Positions 45,780-55,595 of a DNA stretch of 64,000 nucleotides are shown piece by piece. The stretch spans positions 2,218-66,217 of IMG/VR virus record IMGVR_UViG_3300032223_000402; one strand, given 5' to 3'. Each line of letters starts with the position of its first letter. Position 1 is the stretch's first letter. The notes under the pieces are model-generated. The model saw only the letters and a list, made by a program, of their open reading frames with translations. It was not told the DNA's origin and made no database searches. This DNA is from a virus. Its lineage: Duplodnaviria > Caudoviricetes. The position numbers were made by a program, and so were the translations under genes.

Positions 45780-46687
45780 AAGTCGTTGAATTTGATGTAG
45801 TATTCTTAAGCTACGATGAACCAAACGCAGATTTACATTACGCAGATCTCTGCAACAAAGTGCCCTGGGCCAAACGTGTACACGGAGTCAAAGGCAGCGA
45901 CCACGCACATAAAGCAGCAGCCGAACTAAGTGACACAGACTGGTTCGTTACTGTAGATGCGGACAACATAGTTGATCCAGACTTTTTCAATTTAGAACTA
46001 GATATGAGCGATCCTAAAATCCAGGTCTATGGATGGTGTGGTCGCAATAGTATTAACGGTTTACGTTATGGTAACGGCGGATTAAAAATCTGGAAGAAAG
46101 ATTTTGTTCTTAATATGCAGACACACGAAAACGCAGCCAGCAATCGTGCGCAGGTAGATTTCTGTTGGGAAGATGGATATAAAAACTTTCCACGCATCTA
46201 CAGTGAAAGTATTATTACAGGATCGCCATTCCAGGCCTGGAGAGCAGGATTCCGCGAAGGTGTTAAAATGACGTTACTTGACGGCGTCAAAGTTCCACCT
46301 CAGGAAATCAAAGAACGTATTTGGTGGCACAATATTCATAGACTACGTATGTGGTCAACTGTCGGCGCACACGAGGAAAATGGATCGTATGCAGTATACG
46401 GTGCTAGGTTAGGAACCTGGTTAGCAAATTGCACAGAATGGAATTATGTAGAAGTTAGAGATTTTGAAATTCTTAGAGGTATATGGAATCAATATGGTCG
46501 CCCATACGAGGAAGTTATTAGCGAAGGTCTTGAAGATGCCATAACAGATTTAGGGGAAAAAATTAAACTACAGTTAGGGTTGGATTGGCCGTTCCTCGAT
46601 GCTGCTCAAAGCAAATACACATTAGACCTATACGATGAAACAATCAATCTAGGCCTCACTTATTATAGAATGCCTGAAAATGTATGA
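45776..46687 (+). CDS. GT-A-like glycosyltransferase
   Basis: DVVFLSYDEP, GVKG...AH..AA, VDADN (DxD), YGNGG, AWRAGFRE. Confidence 0.65.
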   Translation: MKVVEFDVVFLSYDEPNADLHYADLCNKVPWAKRVHGVKGSDHAHKAAAELSDTDWFVTVDADNIVDPDFFNLELDMSDPKIQVYGWCGRNSINGLRYGNGGLKIWKKDFVLNMQTHENAASNRAQVDFCWEDGYKNFPRIYSESIITGSPFQAWRAGFREGVKMTLLDGVKVPPQEIKERIWWHNIHRLRMWSTVGAHEENGSYAVYGARLGTWLANCTEWNYVEVRDFEILRGIWNQYGRPYEEVISEGLEDAITDLGEKIKLQLGLDWPFLDAAQSKYTLDLYDETINLGLTYYRMPENV

Positions 46688-47720
46688 TATATTTTATGTT
46701 GGCAAAGGAGCGATTAGTAATACTGCTTGGGAAGAGTTCAAAGGCAGATATCCTAACGCACAAAAATTAGAAAACGTAAAATCTTTTGAAGAAGTAAAAC
46801 TCAGAGCTTTTACAAAAATGTTCTGGGTAGTTTGGGATTATGTATTAGTTAATCCTGAATTTAATTTAGACTATCGAGTTCCTAAATGGGATGAAGAATA
46901 CGTACACGTATTTAAAAACGGAAACTTCTACGATGGTATTTGTATATTTCCAAAAAATATTAGAATCTTACAGCGTGAATGGGATTATAGATTTTTTACA
47001 AACAAAAAAGAAATAGACGTTGTAGCAAGCTACCCTAGAAAATTCGATGTTGTATTCCTAAGTTACAATGAACCATCGGCAGAAATTAACTTTTCAAAAT
47101 TGCTAGGACATCTCAATGGCAATCGTACTCATTGGGTGCAAGGAGTTAAAGGTATACATCAAGCACATATAGAAGCAGCACGTAGAGTTTCGACAGATAT
47201 GTTTTATGTTGTTGATGCTGATGCGGATATAGTTGATACTTTTAATTTCGATTATCAAATTCCACATTATGATTTCAATGCCAAAAGTACAGTACACGTT
47301 TGGCAAAGCCAAAATCCAGTTAACAACTTGACTTACGGTTACGGTGGTGTTAAACTATTACCAACGAAGCTGACTTTAGATATGGACCTATCCAAGCCGG
47401 ATATGACAACTAGCATATCGAAGTTATTTAAATCTATGCCAGAAGTTTCAAATGTAACTCGCTTTAACACAGATCCATTTAGTACCTGGAGATCAGCTTT
47501 TAGAGAATGTTGTAAATTAGCTAGTCGTGTTATTGATAGACAAGATGATCTAGAAACAACTGAACGACTAGATGTTTGGTGTAATACTTCTACTGATGCT
47601 TATGCACAGAACGGTGCAATAATGGGTAGAGATTACGGGCTCGATAACAAAACAAATTTAGAAGCATTAAAACTAATCAACGACTTTGATTGGTTAAAGG
47701 AAAGATTTAATGGACGATAA
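46680..47720 (+). CDS. GT-A-like glycosyltransferase (paralog of the preceding gene)
   Basis: DVVFLSYNEP, GVKG...AH..AA, VDADA, YGYGG, WRSAFRE. The N-terminal part is a degenerate copy. Confidence 0.65.
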   Translation: MYDIFYVGKGAISNTAWEEFKGRYPNAQKLENVKSFEEVKLRAFTKMFWVVWDYVLVNPEFNLDYRVPKWDEEYVHVFKNGNFYDGICIFPKNIRILQREWDYRFFTNKKEIDVVASYPRKFDVVFLSYNEPSAEINFSKLLGHLNGNRTHWVQGVKGIHQAHIEAARRVSTDMFYVVDADADIVDTFNFDYQIPHYDFNAKSTVHVWQSQNPVNNLTYGYGGVKLLPTKLTLDMDLSKPDMTTSISKLFKSMPEVSNVTRFNTDPFSTWRSAFRECCKLASRVIDRQDDLETTERLDVWCNTSTDAYAQNGAIMGRDYGLDNKTNLEALKLINDFDWLKERFNGR

Positions 47721-49074
47721 GGCAAGGATACAAAAATTCATTCCTATAATGAATGAAATCTCGCCTACCTTTTGTCTGGCTAAATGGCATCACACTACCA
47801 TTTATCTGCAAACAGGCGAAACACATAGTTGTTACCATCCAGCACCGCATAAAATTCCTTTAGATGAAATAGCGGTTGATCCTAGTGCATTACACAACAC
47901 CAAAGAAAAAATTAACCAACGTGCAGAAATGATGGAGGGAAAGAAACCGTCAGGCTGTCAATATTGTTGGAACATCGAAGCATTAGGCGAAGAATATATC
48001 AGTGACCGCAAAGAACGCAATGCTAGTATCTATACAGAAGAAAGACTAGGAGCTATTAAAGAGAATCCGCTAGCTCCAGTAAATCCACAATACATTGAAA
48101 TTAGTTTTGGCAATGAATGTAATTTTAAATGCGGATATTGCCATCCTAAACACAGCAGTGCATACTACAAAGAGATCAAAGATTTTGGTCCTTATACAAT
48201 GGTTAAGAATCATCGCAACGATATTGATTGGTTCACTACCTATGAAGAAGAAACTAATCCTTATGTAGAAGCTTGGTGGCGCTGGTGGCCTGAAGTCAGC
48301 AAAACTTTAACGATATTAAGAATTACAGGCGGTGAGCCGCTGTTGCAGCAATCAACCTGGAGACTGCTAGATGACTTATATAATAATCCTAAACCTAATC
48401 TTGAGCTTAATATTAATAGCAACCTCGGCGCCAAGCCGATTATGGTTGAAAGACTGGTGGAAAAAGTAAACAAATTACTAAGTGAAAATAAGATCAAAGA
48501 TTTTAAATTGTTTACCAGTATTGATACTTGGGGTAAGCCTGCTGAATATATTCGCACAGGACTAGACATTGCTGTATGGGAGCAAAACCTAGACACATAT
48601 CTAACTAAAACTTCATTGCCTGTTACGTTTATGATTACGTTTAATATCTTATCTGTAACAACTTTCCAAAGCCTGCTAGAAAAGATATTAGAATGGCGTG
48701 TAAAATACAACGGAGACGCTCAGAATAAATGGCAGCGTATTCGATTTGATACTCCATTTTTAAAAGAGCCGTTGCAGTACGATATGAATATTCTGCCCAA
48801 AGACGAGTTTATGAAGTATATGAAAACCCATCTAGACTTCATTCTAGCCAATTTAGACGATAAAAACCGCAGTAAATTCAACGACTTAGAGTACGCAAAA
48901 TTTGAAAGAGTCGTAAAGTATATGGAAACGACTCAGTATACTAACGAGAAGCTTAAAGAGGGGCGTAGAGACTTCTTTAATTGGTTTACTGAGTATGACC
49001 GCAGACGCGGCACTGATTTCGTCCAAACATTCCCAGAATTGGAAAATTTCTATTATGACTGCCGCATCGTCTAA
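47710..49074 (+). CDS. Radical SAM protein with N-terminal Cys-rich (twitch-like) domain
   Basis: CNFKCGYC, ITGGEP, YIR.G. Extra C...W..SC.H and C.YCW ligands. Confidence 0.9.
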   Translation: MDDKARIQKFIPIMNEISPTFCLAKWHHTTIYLQTGETHSCYHPAPHKIPLDEIAVDPSALHNTKEKINQRAEMMEGKKPSGCQYCWNIEALGEEYISDRKERNASIYTEERLGAIKENPLAPVNPQYIEISFGNECNFKCGYCHPKHSSAYYKEIKDFGPYTMVKNHRNDIDWFTTYEEETNPYVEAWWRWWPEVSKTLTILRITGGEPLLQQSTWRLLDDLYNNPKPNLELNINSNLGAKPIMVERLVEKVNKLLSENKIKDFKLFTSIDTWGKPAEYIRTGLDIAVWEQNLDTYLTKTSLPVTFMITFNILSVTTFQSLLEKILEWRVKYNGDAQNKWQRIRFDTPFLKEPLQYDMNILPKDEFMKYMKTHLDFILANLDDKNRSKFNDLEYAKFERVVKYMETTQYTNEKLKEGRRDFFNWFTEYDRRRGTDFVQTFPELENFYYDCRIV

Positions 49075-50239
49075 GACTTTCTGCATACTTCCTTGGGTGC
49101 ATTTTTACGCTAACCCTGATGGCAGTGTGTTGCCCTGCTGTATTGGCGATCATCATAAACCCCTAGGAAATGTACGATCTAACACTATAGAAGAAATTTG
49201 GAACAGCGACAAATATAAATCAATGCGTTTAAAAATGCTGAACGGCGAACGCTGTGACGAATGTTCTGCTTGCTATCAAAGCGAAGACAACGGAATTAAA
49301 AGCGCAAGGCAGCACCAAAACATAGAGTTTCAAGATTACAACAAATTAGCATATTTTACAAATCCTGATGGATCTGTAAACTCGATGGATCTAAAATATC
49401 TTGACATACGCTGGAGTAATATCTGTAACTTCAAATGTCGTAGTTGTTCTAGTACCTATTCAAGTAGTTGGGCCACAGAAGATAATAAAAACGGGTATAA
49501 CAAGCCTGTGTTTATTTTGTCAGGCGGCGATAATAATGATCAATTATTTTCACAGATAAAACCGCATCTAGCTAATATTAGAGAGTTTTATTTTGCAGGT
49601 GGTGAGCCGTTGCTCACAGACAAGCATTACGAGATATTAGACTATCTAATCGAAATCGGTAACACAGACGTTAAACTGCGTTACAACACAAATCTCAGTA
49701 ACCTGCAATATAAAGATAAGTCGATCATAGATTATTGGAATCAGTTTACACGAGTTGAAGTGTATGCTAGTTTAGACAGTTGGGGCGATCGTGCAGAATA
49801 TATTCGTGAAGGCACAGTCTGGGAAGATATAGAAGCCAATGTTTCAAAAATAAGACTAGAAGCTCCTAATGTTAAACTAGGAGTAAGCTCGGTTATATCA
49901 GCATTCAACGTTGCTACACTGATTCCTTTTATAGATAAAATAACAGATATGATGGGTAATCATCTTAATTTAAATTTCTATAATTTAATCAATCCCCATT
50001 ATTACAGCACATCAATAATACCTGCCGATCTCAGAAAAGAAATTATTTTAAAATTAGAAAGAACTCGTTATAACAATTCAATTAATCGACAGATTGACAA
50101 TGTTATTTCTCATTTGAAAAATACAGAATACAGCAATGAGTTGAGATTAGAATTTTTAAATGTCACGGATCATTATGACGATATTCGCAATAGACATTTT
50201 GTCGAAACATTTCCGGAACTAGCGGAGTTATATTCTTGA
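49055..50239 (+). CDS. Radical SAM/SPASM-twitch protein
   Basis: CNFKCRSC, FAGGEP. N-terminal CILPW...PCC...C..C. Likely start is the ATG at 49055. Confidence 0.9.
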   Translation: MTAASSKTFCILPWVHFYANPDGSVLPCCIGDHHKPLGNVRSNTIEEIWNSDKYKSMRLKMLNGERCDECSACYQSEDNGIKSARQHQNIEFQDYNKLAYFTNPDGSVNSMDLKYLDIRWSNICNFKCRSCSSTYSSSWATEDNKNGYNKPVFILSGGDNNDQLFSQIKPHLANIREFYFAGGEPLLTDKHYEILDYLIEIGNTDVKLRYNTNLSNLQYKDKSIIDYWNQFTRVEVYASLDSWGDRAEYIREGTVWEDIEANVSKIRLEAPNVKLGVSSVISAFNVATLIPFIDKITDMMGNHLNLNFYNLINPHYYSTSIIPADLRKEIILKLERTRYNNSINRQIDNVISHLKNTEYSNELRLEFLNVTDHYDDIRNRHFVETFPELAELYS

Positions 50240-51471
50240 AATCATATTTTGACAATTTAAACACCTATGATTCTAATATGATAGAGTTTACGTCAAGCGG
50301 CGATAATTCTTTTTGGATAGTATCTCCTGGCTCAATAATTAAAAAAAGACTAGTGGAATACGGGTTTGAAATAGACACAGTTGCTAACATCAGTAGCCCT
50401 GGCTGTTATTTTATCGATGTTAATGCAGATCCTCAATGGTGGTCTGGTGTACTAAAAGACAACGGTATCCCTAAGGATCATATTATTGATCTAATTCCTG
50501 AACATATAAAAAATCTTGTAAGAAAAAGACTCTTGAGAATTATCATTGCTGCGGATAAAGAAGGAGGGGTGTTTGTCACTGATGATTGGGACTGCTATCA
50601 AGCGACCACTGATTCGGTTGAGCGTTCTTTATTACCTCCGGGCTCAGTTTTAATTTTACACGGCAATATGAAAGCCGAGGAACAATATCATCAATGGTTA
50701 GACAACACAAACAACCCAAAGCTGTTTGAAGTGATGTATTCGAATACATTCTTAAAAGTTTTCTTTGATGAAAGGATTCCGCAGACTCCTGTAATAACAC
50801 AGGCAATATCGAATCTCAATGTAAAAGATTACAACAGTCTTAACCGTGTTTTTAGACCGCATCGTGGTGCGCATCTGTACAAGTTAGTTAAAGATAATAT
50901 TTTAAAAAATGGATTAGTTAGTGCTAATGAAGTATTTCGAGATGAGGCAGCAGTTGAATTATCAGGCAGTACCAGCGATGATTATTATACAGTAATGTCC
51001 AGCAACTATCCTAAGTTTATTGACGGTGACTGGTCGAATGAAAATGCAGGCCCGCAATACAATATTGACATTTACAAAAATAGTTTATTATCTTTTATAA
51101 CCGAAACTAAATTCAACGAGCCGAGTGTGTTCCCGACAGAAAAAATTTATAAACCGTTGGCACTAGGGCATCCAGTCATATTGTTAGCTGCGGCCGGCAC
51201 ACTCGCGGCACTACGTAAGATGGGATTTAGAACCGACTGGTGCGATATAGATCCCAGTTACAACGATATAGAAGATGATGCAGAACGACTACAGGCAACA
51301 CACAGTGAATTATTAAAATGGGTTAAGCTGCCAACGCAGGAAAAAATTGAACGTATTAACAATTCAATGCCTACCATAGAACATAATTTTCTTTTATCTA
51401 GAACCAGTAATTTTCATAAAGAATCTTTGTCTGAAGCATTAAATAGATCCGAGAGGTATTTCAATGATTGA
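50236..51471 (+). CDS. Putative glycosyltransferase-like protein (GT10-like C-terminal motif)
   Basis: LNR..RPHR and ITET.....FPTEKIYKP...GHP...L..LR..GF, shared with ORFs 52252 and 55558. Confidence 0.5.
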   Translation: MKSYFDNLNTYDSNMIEFTSSGDNSFWIVSPGSIIKKRLVEYGFEIDTVANISSPGCYFIDVNADPQWWSGVLKDNGIPKDHIIDLIPEHIKNLVRKRLLRIIIAADKEGGVFVTDDWDCYQATTDSVERSLLPPGSVLILHGNMKAEEQYHQWLDNTNNPKLFEVMYSNTFLKVFFDERIPQTPVITQAISNLNVKDYNSLNRVFRPHRGAHLYKLVKDNILKNGLVSANEVFRDEAAVELSGSTSDDYYTVMSSNYPKFIDGDWSNENAGPQYNIDIYKNSLLSFITETKFNEPSVFPTEKIYKPLALGHPVILLAAAGTLAALRKMGFRTDWCDIDPSYNDIEDDAERLQATHSELLKWVKLPTQEKIERINNSMPTIEHNFLLSRTSNFHKESLSEALNRSERYFND

Positions 51472-52252
51472 TTTTAAAAAGTATAAAAGATTCTTTGCTT
51501 TTGGTTGCAGTATGACTGACTATTGGTGGCCGACCTGGGCAGATATACTTGGAATGCAGTTTGAAGAATATTATAATTTTGGTAGAAGCGGTGCCGGTAA
51601 TACTTTTATCGCATTACAAATTGCCGAAGCACACAAGAGACACAAATTTCAAGAGGACGATCTGGTCATAGTTATGTGGACCAGCATCACAAGAGAAGAT
51701 CGTTATGTTAACCGCTATTGGCAAACACCTGGAAATATCTATACACAAGACTACTATGATTCGGAGTATATCAGAAAATATTCTGATGTAAGAGGGTATT
51801 TAATTAGAGATCTTGGTCTAATATCATTAGTGTCAGAAACATTAAAGTCTGCACACTGCGATTTTCATATGTTGAATATGAGTCCATTTGTTAAAGAACC
51901 TTCGCACTATGGTGATTATAATGCCAACGATCCGACAGCGGGTCTTGAAGACGTGGTCGAATTATATAAAGATACTATCGGAGATATACTTCCAGATTTG
52001 CTGACAACATCCTGCAACGGAAAATGGCCGCAGGTGCCTATCTCTCACAGTAAACATCAAAAAACTGATTATCACCCGACTACAGCAACACACCTACATT
52101 ATCTTAAATCTGTATTTGAAGGAATTGACATTCCTGAAAAAACACTTAATTGGGTTGATTACCACGAAGATAAGATTAGATCTTCTAAACAAATCACTGA
52201 TTTAGATTCAATAAAGTGGAAACTAACTAGAAAAAATCAGCGGCCACTATAA
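51464..52252 (+). CDS. SGNH/GDSL-like hydrolase or acyltransferase
   Basis: FAFGCSMT (block I), N.G.SGAGN, DYHP (block V). Confidence 0.65.
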   Translation: MIDFKKYKRFFAFGCSMTDYWWPTWADILGMQFEEYYNFGRSGAGNTFIALQIAEAHKRHKFQEDDLVIVMWTSITREDRYVNRYWQTPGNIYTQDYYDSEYIRKYSDVRGYLIRDLGLISLVSETLKSAHCDFHMLNMSPFVKEPSHYGDYNANDPTAGLEDVVELYKDTIGDILPDLLTTSCNGKWPQVPISHSKHQKTDYHPTTATHLHYLKSVFEGIDIPEKTLNWVDYHEDKIRSSKQITDLDSIKWKLTRKNQRPL

Positions 52253-53409
52253 TGCCTTGCGTTAATAATCCTAGTCCTTATCTAATCACATACGATCCTT
52301 CTAATCCTCGATTAGAAATGACTTCGTCTCGAGCCACATTTGTTCGCCGTAACGAAACATTTGATTATTGGTATTGCCAATTTAGCTGCCATAACAGTTT
52401 TAAGTGTTTTGATATATTTCAATTGATGACAGCTGATGAAATCCAACGTGTTAAACAAGGCACATTGTTTATAGTATTAGACAACGGCCTAGAACCTTTC
52501 TTGAAATCTGCAGATGGGATTTACCACAATATTGTAATGCGAGGTATTCCTGCATCACAGATAATTTTTATGAGTTCTGTTCCTACAATGATAGACTACG
52601 TTAACAAGCTATCAAGACAACTAGGACAAGATCCAATTCGTGTAGAATGGTATAGCCTGTTTGAAGAAGCGATGTGGGACATAATAACACACCAATTAAC
52701 AACGCCACTAGACACATTGACAAAAAAACAGTATAATAAAAAATACATCAATTTTAATCGACGTTGGAGATTACATCGTCCTTTGATGTTGACTTTATTA
52801 AAGGATAAAAATCTAATAGATCAAGGATACGTGAGTTTTGGAAAGAGTGATTTCCCTCAAGACACTTGGCCTAGTAGATGGAATGAAATGCAAAGATACT
52901 ATTCTGGCAATCGAGACATACTTGATATATTAGAAAGAAACGCAGATATACAAGATATGGATCCCTTGTATCTTGATACAGAAGATCTTGTAACTAATCG
53001 TGCAGAGCAAACTGATTCTACAGACAAGTATTACCTCGATACTTACTTTAGCTTAGTCAATGAAACAACATATCATACTCGACCTGGGTATGATGGTGTT
53101 CCGTTCTGGAGCGAAAAGATTTTTAAATGTATTGCGATGAAGCATCCTTTTGTAGTTGCAACAGCACCGAATAGTTTGCAATATCTAAAACAGCTAGGAT
53201 ATAAAACCTTTGAAGGCATCATCGACGAAAGTTACGATCTTGAACTTGATGACGGAAAACGTATGATCAAGATAGTCAACGAAACTGAACGTCTCTGTAA
53301 TCTGCAAGACACGGCATTAGAAAACTTTTTAACGCTGGCCAAATCTATCTGCGAATACAACTATAACGTACTAAAAAACAAAACAGAATTCATCAAGGCA
53401 ATGAACTAA
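52252..53409 (+). CDS. Putative glycosyltransferase-like protein (GT10-like motif)
   Basis: FNRRWR.HR and VNET...FWSEKIFK....HPF.....L..LK.LGYKTF...IDESYD. Confidence 0.5.
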   Translation: MPCVNNPSPYLITYDPSNPRLEMTSSRATFVRRNETFDYWYCQFSCHNSFKCFDIFQLMTADEIQRVKQGTLFIVLDNGLEPFLKSADGIYHNIVMRGIPASQIIFMSSVPTMIDYVNKLSRQLGQDPIRVEWYSLFEEAMWDIITHQLTTPLDTLTKKQYNKKYINFNRRWRLHRPLMLTLLKDKNLIDQGYVSFGKSDFPQDTWPSRWNEMQRYYSGNRDILDILERNADIQDMDPLYLDTEDLVTNRAEQTDSTDKYYLDTYFSLVNETTYHTRPGYDGVPFWSEKIFKCIAMKHPFVVATAPNSLQYLKQLGYKTFEGIIDESYDLELDDGKRMIKIVNETERLCNLQDTALENFLTLAKSICEYNYNVLKNKTEFIKAMN

Positions 53410-55595
53410 TGGGATTTAATTTTAAAAAATTCAAACACAAGTCAGAGCCAAGAGAAAAGCCTGCAGATCTAGAAGATCGCCACAAGGCAATGCTAGCGGC
53501 TATCGCTCCCTATGCCAAAGCCAGCGTTCAAAAGAATGTTACTGATGTTACAATTGATTACGCCAGCAGAAAAACTAAATTGATATTGGTTTTAATGCCG
53601 GAGTGGTCTGCACGTTTCCCGCCATTCAATCTTGCACGTCTAAGTGCAGTAGCCAAGGAAGCAGGATATCAAACTCGCATATTAGATATCAATGCTAAAT
53701 GCTATAGAGAATACAAACTGAACATCAGGCCAGCAAACACACTTAATTTTACTCTATGGAATCCAGCAAGTAGTTGGAGGTGGGTAGGTGAAAATTATTA
53801 TAAATTTGTTCATCCGTTGTTTGAAGAAAAATACAGAGAGTACATCAATAATATCGTTGAGTATGCTCCTGACGTTATAGGATTTTCGATGTATCAGTTC
53901 AGCGAAGAACCAACTAAATGGATAATAGCTGAACTCAAGAAGCATTTACCAGATGCAAAAATAGTTATTGGTGGTAGTAATGTGCAACACGGATGGTTTC
54001 GTGTTGAAAATTATTACAACTATGTTGTTAATGGCGAAGGCGAACAAAATATTTTAAAAATACTAGACGAAGTTGAGCAAGGAATTCATCATTCAATTAC
54101 ACAATATCTAACACAGCCTGAAGAACAACGCATTAATCTAAACAACTTGCCAATGCCTGATTATTCTAGCATTGACTTTAACGATTATGAAATACCCAAC
54201 GGTGCGTTAAGCGAATTAAGTCGCGGTTGTACAGCTAAGTGTACATTCTGTGAAGAAACACATTTTTGGAAGTATCGCCAACGTCAAGCAGTAGATGCAC
54301 TATCTGAGATAGAATATTTGTATTATAACAAAGGCACAGATATTATTTGGTTTATCGATAGTCTAGTCAACGGTAATTTAAAAGAACTACGTGCTTTTGC
54401 CAAAGGAGTTGTTGCCAAAGGTTTAAAAATCAAATGGACCGGATATGCGAGATGTGATGGTCGTATGGACCTAGACTATCTAAAAGATCTAGCAGACAGC
54501 GGATGTATTGCTCTTAACTACGGCTGCGAAAGCGGAAGTCAAAAAGTTCTAGACGACATTGACAAAGGTGTTACTGTAGCTGAGATGGAACAAAACTTCC
54601 GTGACGGCAAGCGAGTCGGTATCTACGCAGCAACAAATTGGATTGTAGGATTTCCTACAGAAACATATCAGGACTTTGCAGATACAATGACATTCTTGTG
54701 GCGTATGCGTAACGAGAATATCAATAACATCGGCACAGGTATGGGCTTTGGTCTAGGACCAGAAACCATTGCAGGACAGAATCCAGATAGGTTTAATCTT
54801 TCAGGACAGAAATATCTAGGATTTTGGATCACAAAAGATTTTAAACTCGGTGGCAGTCACGTATTAACTCGTGTAAAGAGTTTTAACATACTTGTTGATA
54901 ACCTTGCACCTGATCAATATATCGATTATCCTGTGCGCCCTGACCTTGCCAAGTATCATTATGATCTAACTTTTAATAATGACAATACACGTAAAGACCT
55001 AGCGTATGAAAAGTACGATTACAACATTATCAAAACAGATATTAACCCCTATGCTGATAGTCTTGTAAACGAAATATGGCCTGTGCTGCGTACTCTGTGG
55101 AGAGCTAGAGGCGGATACAGTATAACTATCAGGTTCAGTCCTGAACTAGACACAGCGGAGTTTGGCGGCCACTTCGGCACAGGACAATATTGGGCAGACT
55201 ATCATTTTGTTGTTGATGATGCAGGTAGTTGGTCAGCTGATTTTAAAATTAAATTCAATCAGATACACGATACAAAGAATGATCCTCGTGAAGCACACAG
55301 GCACGGTCCTTTCTTTGCTCAGGAGTTTAGTCGTATGCAAGGAAATGCTGCTAAACGTGCTAGAAAATTAGCCAAGCCAGTATGGGGTGAAGAAGGGCGC
55401 AGCCATAAAGACTTTGAAGAATTACTAAACGAAGAATTCTATCTAAATCAAACTACCGAATGGAGTTTTGATTGGGCTTGGAAAGGCACAGGTGACTGGA
55501 GTGATTATAAAGATTATGAAATTGCCGTGCCAACAGCAATAGAACAACCGATGATTTTTATAAAACCACAGAGTTTGAACGAAATTCCTTCATAA
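53409..55595 (+). CDS. Cobalamin-dependent (class B) radical SAM enzyme
   Basis: B12-binding region (PPFNLA.L, PDVIGFS, IVIGG, GEGE), SRGCTAKCTFC, GCESGSQKVL, IVGFPTET. Confidence 0.9.
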   Translation: MGFNFKKFKHKSEPREKPADLEDRHKAMLAAIAPYAKASVQKNVTDVTIDYASRKTKLILVLMPEWSARFPPFNLARLSAVAKEAGYQTRILDINAKCYREYKLNIRPANTLNFTLWNPASSWRWVGENYYKFVHPLFEEKYREYINNIVEYAPDVIGFSMYQFSEEPTKWIIAELKKHLPDAKIVIGGSNVQHGWFRVENYYNYVVNGEGEQNILKILDEVEQGIHHSITQYLTQPEEQRINLNNLPMPDYSSIDFNDYEIPNGALSELSRGCTAKCTFCEETHFWKYRQRQAVDALSEIEYLYYNKGTDIIWFIDSLVNGNLKELRAFAKGVVAKGLKIKWTGYARCDGRMDLDYLKDLADSGCIALNYGCESGSQKVLDDIDKGVTVAEMEQNFRDGKRVGIYAATNWIVGFPTETYQDFADTMTFLWRMRNENINNIGTGMGFGLGPETIAGQNPDRFNLSGQKYLGFWITKDFKLGGSHVLTRVKSFNILVDNLAPDQYIDYPVRPDLAKYHYDLTFNNDNTRKDLAYEKYDYNIIKTDINPYADSLVNEIWPVLRTLWRARGGYSITIRFSPELDTAEFGGHFGTGQYWADYHFVVDDAGSWSADFKIKFNQIHDTKNDPREAHRHGPFFAQEFSRMQGNAAKRARKLAKPVWGEEGRSHKDFEELLNEEFYLNQTTEWSFDWAWKGTGDWSDYKDYEIAVPTAIEQPMIFIKPQSLNEIPS

